Origin: Candidatus Poribacteria bacterium
GTDB lineage: Bacteria > Poribacteria > WGA-4E > WGA-3G
Direction: 5' to 3'
NCBI GenBank assembly: GCA_963663765.2
Contig: CAXXUA010000005.1
Location: 928,001 to 992,000 of the forward strand
DNA length: 64,000 nucleotides
Shown piece by piece: positions 29,020-39,860 of this stretch. A program made the translations under genes and the position numbers. Positions within the stretch are counted from its first letter, which is position 1. Each line of letters begins with the position of its first letter. The notes under the pieces were generated by a model that worked only from the letters and a program-made list of their open reading frames with translations, was not told the origin of the DNA and did no database searches.

Positions 29020-29901
29020 ATGAGACTAACACAAGAACAGAAAGACACTTACCGTACCACTGGTGTGCTGGTAGTCAAAAATGCCTTGACAGATGAAGAC
29101 ACGCAACCGGTGATAGATGAAATTGAAGATTGGATTTCTGAACGCGCAAACGACTTACATAAGCAGGAAAAAATTGAGAACCTATATGTAGATGAACCCT
29201 TTGATAGAAGGTTCGGAAAACTCCTTGCGCAGTCAGGTGATATTGGACGCGGATTAGACATCATGCACTATCGCGGGAAAGCCATCTTTGATTTTATGAG
29301 AAACAATAATCTGCTTGATGTCATTGAGGGAATCGTCGGACCCGAAATTACCTGTAACCCAATTCAACATGTCCGCGCGAAACCACCGGTCGTTGATGGA
29401 AACGCAAGTTGGGCTGGCGGTGTACCGTGGCACCAAGACGCTGGTGTTATGATGGAGGAAGCAGAAGATTCAAATATCGTCACATGTTGGTTGCCATTAG
29501 GTGATAGCAACATTGAAATGGGATGCCTTGAAGCATTACCTGGTATTACCGAAGACATCGGATACCTTACACATCAAAAAGCTGGCGGTACGATGATTGT
29601 ACCAGACCTCATGCCAGATGTTGAACCGATGATGTTGGAATGTTATCGTGGGGACATCATTTTACTCAGCCGTTTTACACCGCACCGTTCCCAACCTAAT
29701 AAATCTGATCGATGCAGATGGTCATTAGACCTACGTTTTCAGACGACAGGGCACCACACAGGCAGAACCGCACATCCAGATTTTATTGTCCGTAGTAGAA
29801 AATATCCTGAAACTGTTCTGAAAGACCACGATGAATGGTGTCACTTGTGGGCGGACGCATTTGAAAACCCGCGCGGTTTTGCTGGACACCGTTCCATATA
29901 A
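29020..29901 (+). CDS. Phytanoyl-CoA dioxygenase (PhyH) family
   Basis: VPWHQDAG, TCWLPL..MGCLEALPG, TPHRSQPN..CRWSLDLR. Confidence 0.9.
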   Translation: MRLTQEQKDTYRTTGVLVVKNALTDEDTQPVIDEIEDWISERANDLHKQEKIENLYVDEPFDRRFGKLLAQSGDIGRGLDIMHYRGKAIFDFMRNNNLLDVIEGIVGPEITCNPIQHVRAKPPVVDGNASWAGGVPWHQDAGVMMEEAEDSNIVTCWLPLGDSNIEMGCLEALPGITEDIGYLTHQKAGGTMIVPDLMPDVEPMMLECYRGDIILLSRFTPHRSQPNKSDRCRWSLDLRFQTTGHHTGRTAHPDFIVRSRKYPETVLKDHDEWCHLWADAFENPRGFAGHRSI

Positions 29902-30050
29902 TACAAGATGTTTACACCATAACACAATTCTGTTGCAATTTGATATCTATTTTGATAAAATAAGTCAATTTTACAAGTCTAAACAGTGTTAAATAACCAA
30001 CGAAACACATTGATTATTCTGTTATTTTGTATATACATGGGAGATAGATT

Positions 30051-30818
30051 ATGTTTAGATTTAGCACATTTGCCATAAGTCTATTACTTATACTGGGAAT
30101 TAATATGGTAGGTTTGGCAGAGATCACCGATGATATGATCGTCGCAGCGTGGCTGTTTGACGGTGATGCCAATGATATTTCAAAAAATGGTTACAACGGT
30201 GAACTACAAGGTGGAAAATTTGTTGCTGGACAGTTCGGACAAGCACTTGAATTAAACGGTTCCAGTGAATGGGTTGCTATTAATCAAAAGATGGGTTCGT
30301 TTGAGGAGTTAACCTTCGCACATTGGCTCAATTGCACAGGTAGAGACGGTCAGTGGCGAACTTTCTTTAACAACAACGCATGGAAACCAGGTGATATTCA
30401 TTATCAGTTGCATACAGACAGTAGAGTAGAATTTTCAATCCATAGTAACCCCGGTGGAAACGATAAGTTTGCTACATACAAGGTGACAGGCGGGGAATTG
30501 AATAAATGGATTCACATAGTTACCGCCTATAGCGCGAAAGAAGGCAAGATCTGGTTTTACATCAACGGAAAACTAAATGCAGAACATGACTGGGGAAACA
30601 ATCCTGCTGTACTTGACGTCGGACAAATCGGGGCATGGAAAAACAACGCTGGTAACCAAGAACGACACATGCAAGGCCTTTTTGATGAGTTTGTCATCTT
30701 CAATACCGTGCTAACCGAAGATGATATTAATGCGCTCATGGACGGTGGACTGGAAGGCGGACTTGCTGTTGATCCCAAGGGAAAATTAGCTGTTACATGG
30801 GGTAGTCTCAAAAAATAA
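30051..30818 (+). CDS. Secreted LamG protein with C-terminal KLAVTWGSLK motif
   Basis: Signal peptide; AAWLFDG, WIHIVTAY..FYING, FDEFVIFNTVL. Confidence 0.87.
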   Translation: MFRFSTFAISLLLILGINMVGLAEITDDMIVAAWLFDGDANDISKNGYNGELQGGKFVAGQFGQALELNGSSEWVAINQKMGSFEELTFAHWLNCTGRDGQWRTFFNNNAWKPGDIHYQLHTDSRVEFSIHSNPGGNDKFATYKVTGGELNKWIHIVTAYSAKEGKIWFYINGKLNAEHDWGNNPAVLDVGQIGAWKNNAGNQERHMQGLFDEFVIFNTVLTEDDINALMDGGLEGGLAVDPKGKLAVTWGSLKK

Positions 30819-30824
30819 ATATTA

Positions 30825-30980
30825 TAACTTAAGTTGCCACCTACTTTCAGAATACTCTTGTGGGAGGGGTTTCTAACCCCGATTTATGAAAACTTGCATC
30901 AGAATTCGTTGTTTTTATGTTTTCTGTTATCAATCGGGGTTAGAAACCCTCCTACAAAAAATAGGTTGCAACTCCGGTTA
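30825..30980. mobile_element. MITE-like shell around a GTGGGAGGGGTTTCTAACCCCGA REP doublet
   Basis: Imperfect TIRs TAACTTAAGTTGCCACCTA / TAGGTTGCAACTCCGGTTA. Confidence 0.5.
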
Positions 30981-30981
30981 T

Positions 30982-31099
30982 TATAGTAAAGTATAGAATT
31001 AAAAAGACATTCAATGAACTTTAAACTCCCACAAGACCTGTAGGGGCAGGGTTTTCCCGCCCGTTGTAATATGTCCCATTAATTGTAAATTCCACTATA
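30982..31099. mobile_element. TATAG-ended MITE (Correia/RUP-like, IS630-type ends); second copy 62576-62922
   Basis: About 110 bp are highly similar between the two copies; TATAGT...ACTATA ends; internal GTAGGGGC REP. Confidence 0.75.
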
Positions 31100-31416
31100 T
31101 AATGATTTTATCAATCTTGTAGGTCGGATTTCGTTCCTCTACCCGACTTTGCTGTGGAAATTTGGTTTCTTGTCGCGTATCGGTCCTCTACCCGACCTAC
31201 AAGTTTAACGTGGACTATCCAATAAAATCTTGTGTTGAAACGCTTCAGCGGTTTATGTAATAGTAATAGCCAAAACATGTGAGTAAACTCAAAACTACAT
31301 GAGGCGTTTAACTATCTTAAGGATGGATTTCCGTATCCGCTCAATAAATTGGCAAATAACGCTGATGCAAATTCTACAAAACTTCAACACAATACATGCT
31401 GTTGATATATTACACT

Positions 31417-31585
31417 ATGAATAAAGTTCTACTGGTCATTTTAGGTATTTTTATCGCAGTTATCGGTATAGTGGATTCTTGTTGAAGTCTTGCAGATACT
31501 TTTCACGCTTGTGATTTCTGTAGCGTTGATAATCATTATTGTCGGTGGTGCGTATTTAATCCTTAGGAGTATACTTAAAGGATAG
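31417..31585 (+). pseudogene. Small two-TM membrane protein, frameshifted
   Basis: MNKVLLVILGIFIAVIGI / WILVEVLQILFTLVISVALIIIIVGGAYLILRSILKG* lie in adjacent frames. Confidence 0.45.
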
Positions 31586-31638
31586 ACAGTTAACTATAAG
31601 AATATCAAGACATCACCCTATTCAAAAGGAAAATTACC

Positions 31639-32424
31639 ATGAAAAGATATGCAAAATCTCTAATTACTATTCAAAACATAGTTACGATCATATTAAGCCT
31701 TGTTCTGATAGTGTGTATGACGAATTTGACATCTGCTGCCCGCGAAAAGCAATATATTGCAAAACAGATTTCTAATTTTAGACCCGACGGTGACATCAGT
31801 GAATGGGAACACGTTGAAGCTGTCCCTTTTAATCAACTAAAAGATGCAGGAAATGGACTACCAGATTCAGAAGACTTTACCGGTAGTGGACGCGTAGCAT
31901 GGAGCTCAATAGAACCCAACATGATTTACTTCCTCGTCGAAGTCACAGATGACATAATTCAAAATATCCATCCGCCAGATAACAATTGGTGGAACGATGA
32001 TAGCGTTGAGTTTATGTTTGATTTTGACAACACGATGAACGAAGACGATCTCGTTCAGTGGACACTCGGTACCGAGATAACAGAAATTTCCGGTGCAGCA
32101 TCAGACGACAATACACTTTGGGTAATTTCAAGGACTTTCACTAATTATTTTTTTGAAGTCGCAATTGACCCGACAGCACCGAGAGGACCCAACCCAGGAA
32201 ACAATGAGAGAGGAAAAGATTTTAGTGCTCATGACGGTTTGACCATTGGGTTAAGTTTCCACATGAATGATTGTGAAAACAATGTCCGTGAACATCAGAT
32301 CGGGTGGACAGCAGGCCGCGCATGGGACCCCCTTACCTTTGGCGATCTTATTTTTAGCAAGGAATATTGGGGTGTGGAACCTTCAGGGAAACTCGCGGTA
32401 ACCTGGGGAGAACTCAAGCAATAA
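31639..32424 (+). CDS. Secreted CBM9-like/DOMON sugar-binding protein with C-terminal KLAVTWGELK motif
   Basis: DGDISEW, IYFLVEVTDD, W..DSVEFMFD, YFFEVAI, IGLSFHMNDC. Confidence 0.82.
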   Translation: MKRYAKSLITIQNIVTIILSLVLIVCMTNLTSAAREKQYIAKQISNFRPDGDISEWEHVEAVPFNQLKDAGNGLPDSEDFTGSGRVAWSSIEPNMIYFLVEVTDDIIQNIHPPDNNWWNDDSVEFMFDFDNTMNEDDLVQWTLGTEITEISGAASDDNTLWVISRTFTNYFFEVAIDPTAPRGPNPGNNERGKDFSAHDGLTIGLSFHMNDCENNVREHQIGWTAGRAWDPLTFGDLIFSKEYWGVEPSGKLAVTWGELKQ

Positions 32425-32429
32425 TCAAT

Positions 32430-32470
32430 GACCATACCTTATCAATATGAGGTATGGTCTTTCTAATTTT
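32430..32470 (+). terminator. Rho-independent terminator
   Basis: GACCATACCTTAT-caat-ATGAGGTATGGTC followed by a T-rich tract. Confidence 0.7.
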
Positions 32471-32572
32471 ATCAGAACCATTTCCCCGTCTAACTCAAAT
32501 CGCATTTAGCGGTAGAATTCACAAACTACCCAATCTCAGCAAACTATCACAGCTATTAAAGTAACTTCCATC

Positions 32573-35056
32573 ATGAAAAATAAATATTATTTCGTGCTTA
32601 TCCTTTCAATTGTCTTATCCATAAATTCAGTTCCTGTTTTCAGTCAATATGAACCACATACACAGATAGATCTACCTGCAGGTGCAAAAGCAAGGTTCGC
32701 TGGAGGTCAGGTTAATATGTTCACCTACTCCCCTGATAGCAGTAGGATCGCTGTAGCGACGAATATCGGGACATGGATCTATGATGCACAGACCAGAGAA
32801 GCAATTGCGTTACTCGGGGCACATCAGTCAAGAGTTTCATCCGTAGCATATTCTCCAGATGGAAGCACTCTCGCCATAGCTGTCAGAAGTCTGAATAGAT
32901 TCAGTAGAAGTATCGGTAGCACCCTGCATTTATGGGATACATCTACAAATAAACTCAAAACCACTCTTACAAGATATTCGTATGTTATCAATTCTATTGC
33001 ATATTCACAGGATGGGACAACAATCGCAACGGGGGGCATGAACAATAAGGTGTGGTTATGGGATACACGAACAGGCAGCAATAGATTCGCTCTCTCTGGA
33101 CATTCGGGTATGATTAATATTGTTGTCTATTCACAAGATGGATCAACAATTGCATCTGGAAGTAATGACACCACGGTGCGATTGTGGAATGCCAACACAG
33201 GCAGATGTAAAGCAATTCTTATAGGACACACGGGATTTATCACATCAATTGCGTTTTCACCAGATGATACAACAATCGCTACGGGTAGTAGGGACAACAC
33301 TGTACGACTGTGGGATACTACGACAGGACAACATAAAATTACATTCCAAGAACATTCAGAAGGTGTAGTTTCCGTTGGGTATGCCCCCGATGGAAATACA
33401 ATCGTTAGCACTTCAATGAATGGGGAAGTGAGATTCTGGGATTTAGAAACGGGTAAATATCATAACTCTCTCAAAAATGAGGATGGGACACCTGCCACGA
33501 CTAATGCACCGATAGTTTATTCCCCAGATGGAACCACAATCGCTGCTGGCAGACGAAGTGCAATACGTTTTTGGGATGCTACCACAGGTAACTACAAATC
33601 TAAGATCGCGGAACATGACGGTCCAAAATATCAACTCGCATATTCTCCCGATGGTACTATGATCGCAAGTGGAGCAAGTATAGGTTTTCAATTATGGGAT
33701 GCTAAAACAGGAAAACTGAAATCCACTTTTGGTGAACATTCCAATTTACCCACAGCCATAGCCTTTTCTCCTGATGGCAACACTATCGCAACTGCAGATA
33801 CGGATTATAAGGTAAGATTGTGGTCAGCCACAGGTCAAAACAAAATCATATTGGAAGGACATACGCAGGAGATTCGTTGCATAGCGTTTTCCCCTGACAG
33901 TATTACAATCGCAAGTGGGGGCATGGGTAACACAATACGATTATGGGATACAATCACAGGCGAACAAATAACTACACTCAAAGCACAAAGAGGTTCTATT
34001 TCTTCTTTAACCTTTTCTCCAGATGGCACTACCCTCGTTATCGGAGCATTAAATGAACCTGCACATTTTTGGGATGTTAAAACGGGTCAACTCAAAAACA
34101 CCCTCAAAGGGGATGCAGGACGCAACTCCTCTAAAGTCTGCTATTCTCCTGACGGTTCCATTCTTGCAGCGGCAGGAAACAGGGAAATACATCTTTGGAA
34201 TAATGAGGCAGAACAACCTATAGCAACGCTCAGAGGACATACAGATTTTAATCGAGCTTTAATGTTTTCACCAGATGGGAGAATGTTAGCAAGCGCTAAT
34301 CAAGATGACACAGTGCGGTTATGGGATGTTGCAACAGGTGAATCTATAGCCGTCCTTAAAGGGCATACAACCAGCGTTGGAACTGTCGCATTTTCACCTG
34401 ATGGAAGCACACTGGCAAGTGGTGGGTACGATGGCGCATTACTACTATGGGAAATCCCAAACATTGACGCACCTACACTGAACATTGAGCCTTCAAAAAC
34501 ACAATCTCCTCCTATCGGTGAAAATTTGACGGTTGCCATTAACATCACAAAAGGAAATTATATTACAAAATATCAGGTAACTGTTCAATACGATAGTTCA
34601 ACACTACGATATATCGGTACTGATCACGAAGAAAACACGTCTGATGAGCATGCTGTTATTTCATTAACCACCGATGGAAATAAAATAACGATTAGCGGTT
34701 CCAAGACATCCGACGTAAAAGACAGAGTCAGCACACTTGCTAAATTAACCTTTCAGGTAATTGCAACACAAGAATCAACACTTACAATAAATAAAGTACT
34801 GTTGACAGGTAATAATGATACAACTATCACGCCTTGGTTAGGACATGCTGAAATCATGTTCATGTCATCTCAAAGCAGAAAAGAGGATGTCAATACTGAT
34901 GGGGTTGTAGACACGCAGGATTTAATGATTGTCACCTCAAACTTTGGGATGACCTCCGCGCGTCGGGCAGATGTAAATGGAGACAAAATCGTTGATATTG
35001 TGGACGTTATGTTGGTCACACGCGCGATAAGCACAACAACTCATCAAAAGAAATAG
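32573..35056 (+). CDS. Secreted WD40 protein with cohesin-like and dockerin domains
   Basis: WD40 repeats; YQVTVQYDSSTLRY..LAKLTFQV; EDVNTDGVVDTQDL..ADVNGDKIVDIVDV. Confidence 0.88.
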   Translation: MKNKYYFVLILSIVLSINSVPVFSQYEPHTQIDLPAGAKARFAGGQVNMFTYSPDSSRIAVATNIGTWIYDAQTREAIALLGAHQSRVSSVAYSPDGSTLAIAVRSLNRFSRSIGSTLHLWDTSTNKLKTTLTRYSYVINSIAYSQDGTTIATGGMNNKVWLWDTRTGSNRFALSGHSGMINIVVYSQDGSTIASGSNDTTVRLWNANTGRCKAILIGHTGFITSIAFSPDDTTIATGSRDNTVRLWDTTTGQHKITFQEHSEGVVSVGYAPDGNTIVSTSMNGEVRFWDLETGKYHNSLKNEDGTPATTNAPIVYSPDGTTIAAGRRSAIRFWDATTGNYKSKIAEHDGPKYQLAYSPDGTMIASGASIGFQLWDAKTGKLKSTFGEHSNLPTAIAFSPDGNTIATADTDYKVRLWSATGQNKIILEGHTQEIRCIAFSPDSITIASGGMGNTIRLWDTITGEQITTLKAQRGSISSLTFSPDGTTLVIGALNEPAHFWDVKTGQLKNTLKGDAGRNSSKVCYSPDGSILAAAGNREIHLWNNEAEQPIATLRGHTDFNRALMFSPDGRMLASANQDDTVRLWDVATGESIAVLKGHTTSVGTVAFSPDGSTLASGGYDGALLLWEIPNIDAPTLNIEPSKTQSPPIGENLTVAINITKGNYITKYQVTVQYDSSTLRYIGTDHEENTSDEHAVISLTTDGNKITISGSKTSDVKDRVSTLAKLTFQVIATQESTLTINKVLLTGNNDTTITPWLGHAEIMFMSSQSRKEDVNTDGVVDTQDLMIVTSNFGMTSARRADVNGDKIVDIVDVMLVTRAISTTTHQKK

Positions 35057-35111
35057 ATACAACAGATTACAAGAAAAACAGTGTAAGTTGCTCTTTCATG
35101 ACAGAGGAAAA

Positions 35112-37409
35112 ATGAAAACCAAATTTATCTGTATGCTGCCATTTGTAATATTCGTATTACTTTTTATACCAACATATACCGCAGCTGAAGATTACACACA
35201 AATAGCGATACCAGAAAATGCAAAAGCTCGATTAGGAAAAGGGACAATAAAGGGAACCGCTTATTCACCTGACTTAACTCGTCTCGCGGTAGGAACCAAC
35301 ATCGGAATTTGGATATATGACGCACAGAGTGGTAAGGAATTAACCTTGTTCCCAATGACGGAACCTATCTTATCAATTACTTATTCACCCGACGGTAATA
35401 CGATTGCAACTGGCGGATTCAATAGCGTGAATTTGTGGGATGCTTCCACCGGTAAACCAAAATCAAAATTTATAGTACATGCAAAGATAGTTCCAACTTT
35501 AACGTATTCTCCCGATGGAACTATGATTGCCAGTGCAAGTAATGACCAAACAGTCATGCTGTGGAATGTTGCTACCGGACAAGCTAAATATACACTTAGA
35601 GGACATACACATAATGTAAAATCTGTTGAGTTTTCTGCTGACGGCAGCACAATCGCTAGTGCAAGTTTTGATAAAACTGTACGTTTGTGGGACGTTGAAA
35701 CAGGTAAACACATTACTACGTTCAAAGAACATGACTGGATTGCTGAAGCCATAGCACTCTCACCTGATGGAAATACAATCGCAATTGGAGGTGGCACCCC
35801 ATCTCTGTTTTTATACGACGTTACCACAGGACACGAGATAGCCAGGATACATAACAATCAAAGAGGTATTACTGCCATTAAATATTCACCTGATGGCACT
35901 ACAATAGCAAGCGCATGTAGGGATGGACAAATTCGCTTATGGGATGCGAAAACAACACTACCCAAAAAAAGACTCACAGGTCATATAAGGCGAATCAATT
36001 CCTTAGTCTATAGTTCAGATGGTAATACTATTTTCGCTACAACCTATGAAGATGGCACAGTGTATTCATGGGATCCAATTACAGCACAACGCAAAACTGC
36101 TTTCACAATCACAGGACATCCGAACCTTTTATTCTCGGTGGTGTTTTCACCTGATGGCAACACGATCGCAACAGGAGAGCGCAACACAATACGTTTGTGG
36201 GATGCAAATACAAGGCGGTTCAAAGCAAAATTCAGAGAACATACTGGATATGTTGTTACCTTAGCATACTCACCGGATGGCAAAACACTCGCAAGCGGAA
36301 GCATAGACAAAACCGTCCGACTCTGGGATGCTGAATCACTGCAATTAAAGACGGCACTTGTTGGACATACAGAATCAGTCAATACTTTAGCATACTCGCC
36401 TGATGGCACTACAATCGCAACGGGAAGTAAGGACAAAACGGTGCGGTTGTGGGATGCTACCACAGGCAAACACAAAACCACGCTTTTAGGACATACGGAC
36501 GCAGTACATTCTGTCGTTTTTTCTCCAGATAGTACAACCCTCGCAACTGGTAGTAGCGACAAAACATTGCGATTATGGGATGTCGCATCAGAAGAACAGA
36601 AAATATCTTTTGCAAATAATACGGACAGGATTTCTTCTGTCGCGTTTTCACCTAATGGAACAACAATCGCAATTGGAAATTGGTACGAAGGGATAATTCT
36701 GTGGGATATTACCAAACCAGAAACTATAACCAAATTTTCTGGAAGCATCAGCGGCGTGTCTTCTATGACTTTCTCACCAGATGGGAGAACCATAGCGAGT
36801 TCAGGTGGTGATAAAACAGTGTATTTGTGGGATGTTGACACTCTACAACTTATTGGAAAATATATAGGACACTTAAGCTATGTCTCTTCCATAGCATATT
36901 CACCAGATGGAAAAACACTCGCGAGCGCAAGTCACGACGCAACAATCTTTCTATGGAATCTCCCAACTCCTACTAAAACAAGGTTGACCTTTGTGCCTAC
37001 AATAGAACAGAATCCGAGTGAAATTGGGCAAAAACTAACTTACTCCATCAATATTCAAAACGGTGAATCCATCACAGGTTTTCAGGTTACTTTGACGTAT
37101 GATAGCACTAAACTCCGTTACATTGAAAGTGCTGACGGCAGCTATCTCGGAGGATTTCTGCCCGCAGGGGTTTTCCCGATTCCTCCGAATGTCTATTCTA
37201 AGAGTGTAACACTTGCTGCATTTACGCTGTCAAGCGGCAGTTCAGGAGATGGCACACTCGCAACCATCACATTTGAAGTGATTGATACCAACGCTTCCGA
37301 ACCAACTTTATCCACTGCTCTTGTCACCAATAACAAAGCAAAAGGCGTTGTCCCGATAATAGAAAATGTATCAAGAGTTGTCTTACAACAGAAATCATTG
37401 AAGCAATGA
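35112..37409 (+). CDS. Secreted WD40 protein with cohesin-like domain
   Basis: WD40 repeats; GFQVTLTYDSTKLRYIES..SGDGTLATITFEV. Confidence 0.88.
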   Translation: MKTKFICMLPFVIFVLLFIPTYTAAEDYTQIAIPENAKARLGKGTIKGTAYSPDLTRLAVGTNIGIWIYDAQSGKELTLFPMTEPILSITYSPDGNTIATGGFNSVNLWDASTGKPKSKFIVHAKIVPTLTYSPDGTMIASASNDQTVMLWNVATGQAKYTLRGHTHNVKSVEFSADGSTIASASFDKTVRLWDVETGKHITTFKEHDWIAEAIALSPDGNTIAIGGGTPSLFLYDVTTGHEIARIHNNQRGITAIKYSPDGTTIASACRDGQIRLWDAKTTLPKKRLTGHIRRINSLVYSSDGNTIFATTYEDGTVYSWDPITAQRKTAFTITGHPNLLFSVVFSPDGNTIATGERNTIRLWDANTRRFKAKFREHTGYVVTLAYSPDGKTLASGSIDKTVRLWDAESLQLKTALVGHTESVNTLAYSPDGTTIATGSKDKTVRLWDATTGKHKTTLLGHTDAVHSVVFSPDSTTLATGSSDKTLRLWDVASEEQKISFANNTDRISSVAFSPNGTTIAIGNWYEGIILWDITKPETITKFSGSISGVSSMTFSPDGRTIASSGGDKTVYLWDVDTLQLIGKYIGHLSYVSSIAYSPDGKTLASASHDATIFLWNLPTPTKTRLTFVPTIEQNPSEIGQKLTYSINIQNGESITGFQVTLTYDSTKLRYIESADGSYLGGFLPAGVFPIPPNVYSKSVTLAAFTLSSGSSGDGTLATITFEVIDTNASEPTLSTALVTNNKAKGVVPIIENVSRVVLQQKSLKQ

Positions 37410-37436
37410 AACTAAAGATATAGGGAAAATTGAGCG

Positions 37437-38273
37437 ATGTATAACCTAACAGGCAAAACCGCCTTGGTCACAGGCGCAGGTGGCAGGAACGGTATCGGTC
37501 GCGCAATCGCTACACGTTTAGCAAAGGATGGAGCAAATGTCGCTGTCAACGACATACATGAACACCCTTATGCAGAAGAAGACCCAGAGTGGCGGGGTTT
37601 GCCAGATGTTGTACACGAAATTGAAGCGATGGGGAAACAAGCAATCTGTATTGTTGCGGATGTTTCAAATGCAAAACAGGTCAATGATATGGTAGAGACA
37701 ACCGTCTCACATTTCGGAAGAATTGATATCCTCGTTAACAATGCTGGCACAAAAGCAGGAAAAGATCGTGTCCCTGTCGTTGACCTTACCGAAGAAGATT
37801 GGGATAGGGTGCAAAATGTCAATATAAAAGGTGTGTTTCTCTGTTGTCAAGCCGTGGCACGTCATCTTATTTCACAAAACTCAGGGGGTAAGATCATCAA
37901 CATCTCATCAGTCCGAGGCAAACAAGGTGCAGCATGTTATGCTGCGTATAGCGCATCCAAATTTGCTGTCATCGGTTTGACACAGTCGCTTGCACACGAA
38001 CTTGCCCCATACAACATCAACGTCAACGCACTCTGTCCAAGTCTGGTAGATACTGAACGTGTCACGCATTTAGCATCTGCATTGATGCCAGAAAATCTCT
38101 CAGCAGCGGAACAACGCGCAGAATTTGCTTTGCATGCTGAAACTGCCGTACCATTAGGACGACTCGCAGAAGGGGTGGATGTTGCAAATATGGCAGCATT
38201 CCTCGCTTCGGACGAAGCTGCGTATCTAACAGGGTTGTCTGTTACCGTCGCAGGTGGTTCACTGATGGATTAG
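37437..38273 (+). CDS. SDR family oxidoreductase
   Basis: TGAGG..GIG, NNAG, YSASK. Confidence 0.92.
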   Translation: MYNLTGKTALVTGAGGRNGIGRAIATRLAKDGANVAVNDIHEHPYAEEDPEWRGLPDVVHEIEAMGKQAICIVADVSNAKQVNDMVETTVSHFGRIDILVNNAGTKAGKDRVPVVDLTEEDWDRVQNVNIKGVFLCCQAVARHLISQNSGGKIINISSVRGKQGAACYAAYSASKFAVIGLTQSLAHELAPYNINVNALCPSLVDTERVTHLASALMPENLSAAEQRAEFALHAETAVPLGRLAEGVDVANMAAFLASDEAAYLTGLSVTVAGGSLMD

Positions 38274-38493
38274 TTTATTGAAAACCAATAATATGTCTAC
38301 ACTCCCTGGTAGGTGCGGTTTCTAACCAATGCAGAATACCATACGCGTATTCTGCCGTATTTATACAGGTACGACTATTAAACCAAACCTACCGTCGTAT
38401 CCAAGTAATTATGGATTTTACTATAATCAATACATGCTTAAATCACATTTCCGTTGTGTGTTCAAAGAGTTTTAGCGTTATCTGATCTTTACG

Positions 38494-38660
38494 GTGATAC
38501 TCACGACGACTAAAGTCATGTGCTTCTTTGAAACACATAACTCTCCTCTGTGTGATTCCTGCTTCCGTCTCTCGTGCCTCTATCCAGAACTGCGTGAGGT
38601 CTTATTCGGACTCCACAAGCGTTTATGCTCTCTGTCTATCCGACAGCGAGGGTTTTTAGG
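38494..38660 (-). ncRNA. Predicted TnpB omega/reRNA scaffold
   Basis: Overlaps the tnpB 3' end and right end; AACGCTTGTGGAG...GAAGCAGGAA pattern is typical of these ends. Inferred from position, not folded. Confidence 0.55.
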
Positions 38661-39712
38661 TTTATTGCAGCATTTATGTCTCTATCTATTTGATAGTCGC
38701 ATTGACTGCAATGATACGTTCTCTCTGATAGCGTCAAATCATCTTTCTTGTGTCTACAACGACTACAAGTTTTGCTTGAAGCATAGAATTTCGGTGCTTG
38801 TAATACAGGTATTCCGAAAGCATCTGCTTTCGTTTTTAGCTTATTGAGAAACCCACCTAACGCTGAATCCGATAATGCCTTTGCGAGTTTTCTATTCTTT
38901 AGCATGTTCGTTATTTTTAGTGTCTCAATGCTGATAGTAGATGCAAGGTTGACGATCTCTGTCGTTGCTTTGTGGTGTGCATCATTTCGGATACAAGCGA
39001 TACGATAGTGGATACGTTCTAACTTGCGTTTCTGCTTGAACCAGTTTTTTGACTTGAAAACACGCCGACTCAACTTGCGTTGTTCCCTCTTTAGTTTTCT
39101 CTCATAGCGTTTCAGAGGTCTTGGATTATCATATTTCATACCATTACTCAAGGTGGCAAGGGTGTTGATGCCTACATCTATACCGATAACAGGGTGCGTT
39201 GAATTGTCAACGACTTCGGTGTCCTCTGTTTCTACAGTGATAGATATAAACCAACGATGTGCTGTCCTTGAAATCGTCACGCTGATAATCTTCCCTACAA
39301 AACGCAATGCTTGACGCATTTTGACCCAACCAACCTTAGGCAACCGGACCTTCTTGCCTTCAACTTTCACAGATTGTTCGTCTGTTGTCCATGTATCCCT
39401 AATCCCACGCTTTTTGAACCGAGGAAACCTCGCACGTTTGCTAACCCAATTCGTAATCGCTTGACCCAAATTCTTGATAGCATTTAACGCTGCACGTTGA
39501 TCTTGGGAACGTGTCCAATCATACTCTTTCTTCGTTTTATTGAAGTTTACGTTTAATGTCCGCCATGATTGGAAGGTGTCCTGATCTAAACCCGCCTTAA
39601 AATCTGATAACGCTTGATTGTAGGCAAACCTCGCATAACCGCATTGCTGAGCAAACCATGTGCGTTGTTTGTTGTTCGGATTCAATGTAATCTTGTGTGT
39701 TTTGTAGGACAT
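38636..39712 (-). CDS. tnpB: RNA-guided endonuclease TnpB
   Basis: N-terminal HTH, RuvC D (GIDVG), E (IETL), D (DRDINAAIN), and CxxC..CxxC zinc finger; AGGAG RBS. Confidence 0.93.
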   Translation of the reverse strand: MSYKTHKITLNPNNKQRTWFAQQCGYARFAYNQALSDFKAGLDQDTFQSWRTLNVNFNKTKKEYDWTRSQDQRAALNAIKNLGQAITNWVSKRARFPRFKKRGIRDTWTTDEQSVKVEGKKVRLPKVGWVKMRQALRFVGKIISVTISRTAHRWFISITVETEDTEVVDNSTHPVIGIDVGINTLATLSNGMKYDNPRPLKRYERKLKREQRKLSRRVFKSKNWFKQKRKLERIHYRIACIRNDAHHKATTEIVNLASTISIETLKITNMLKNRKLAKALSDSALGGFLNKLKTKADAFGIPVLQAPKFYASSKTCSRCRHKKDDLTLSERTYHCSQCDYQIDRDINAAINLKTLAVG

Positions 39713-39860
39713 ACCTAACTCCTGTAGGGTGCTGACTTCCATTGACGTGGTGTGATAGGTGCGTCAACACCTATCACGGAGTCAGTCCTATAAGGATACC
39801 ATAGAAGACATATAAATGTCAACGTTTTTTGACCCAAGCATAAATGCTTGGGATTGTCAG

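Noticed and set aside
36044-36841. 265-aa and many shorter antisense ORFs over WD40 genes
   Set aside because: Mirror-frame products of repetitive codon use (PSGE.A motifs) with no independent features.
38494-38847. 117-aa plus-strand ORF
   Set aside because: Antisense to the tnpB 3' end and its RNA scaffold.
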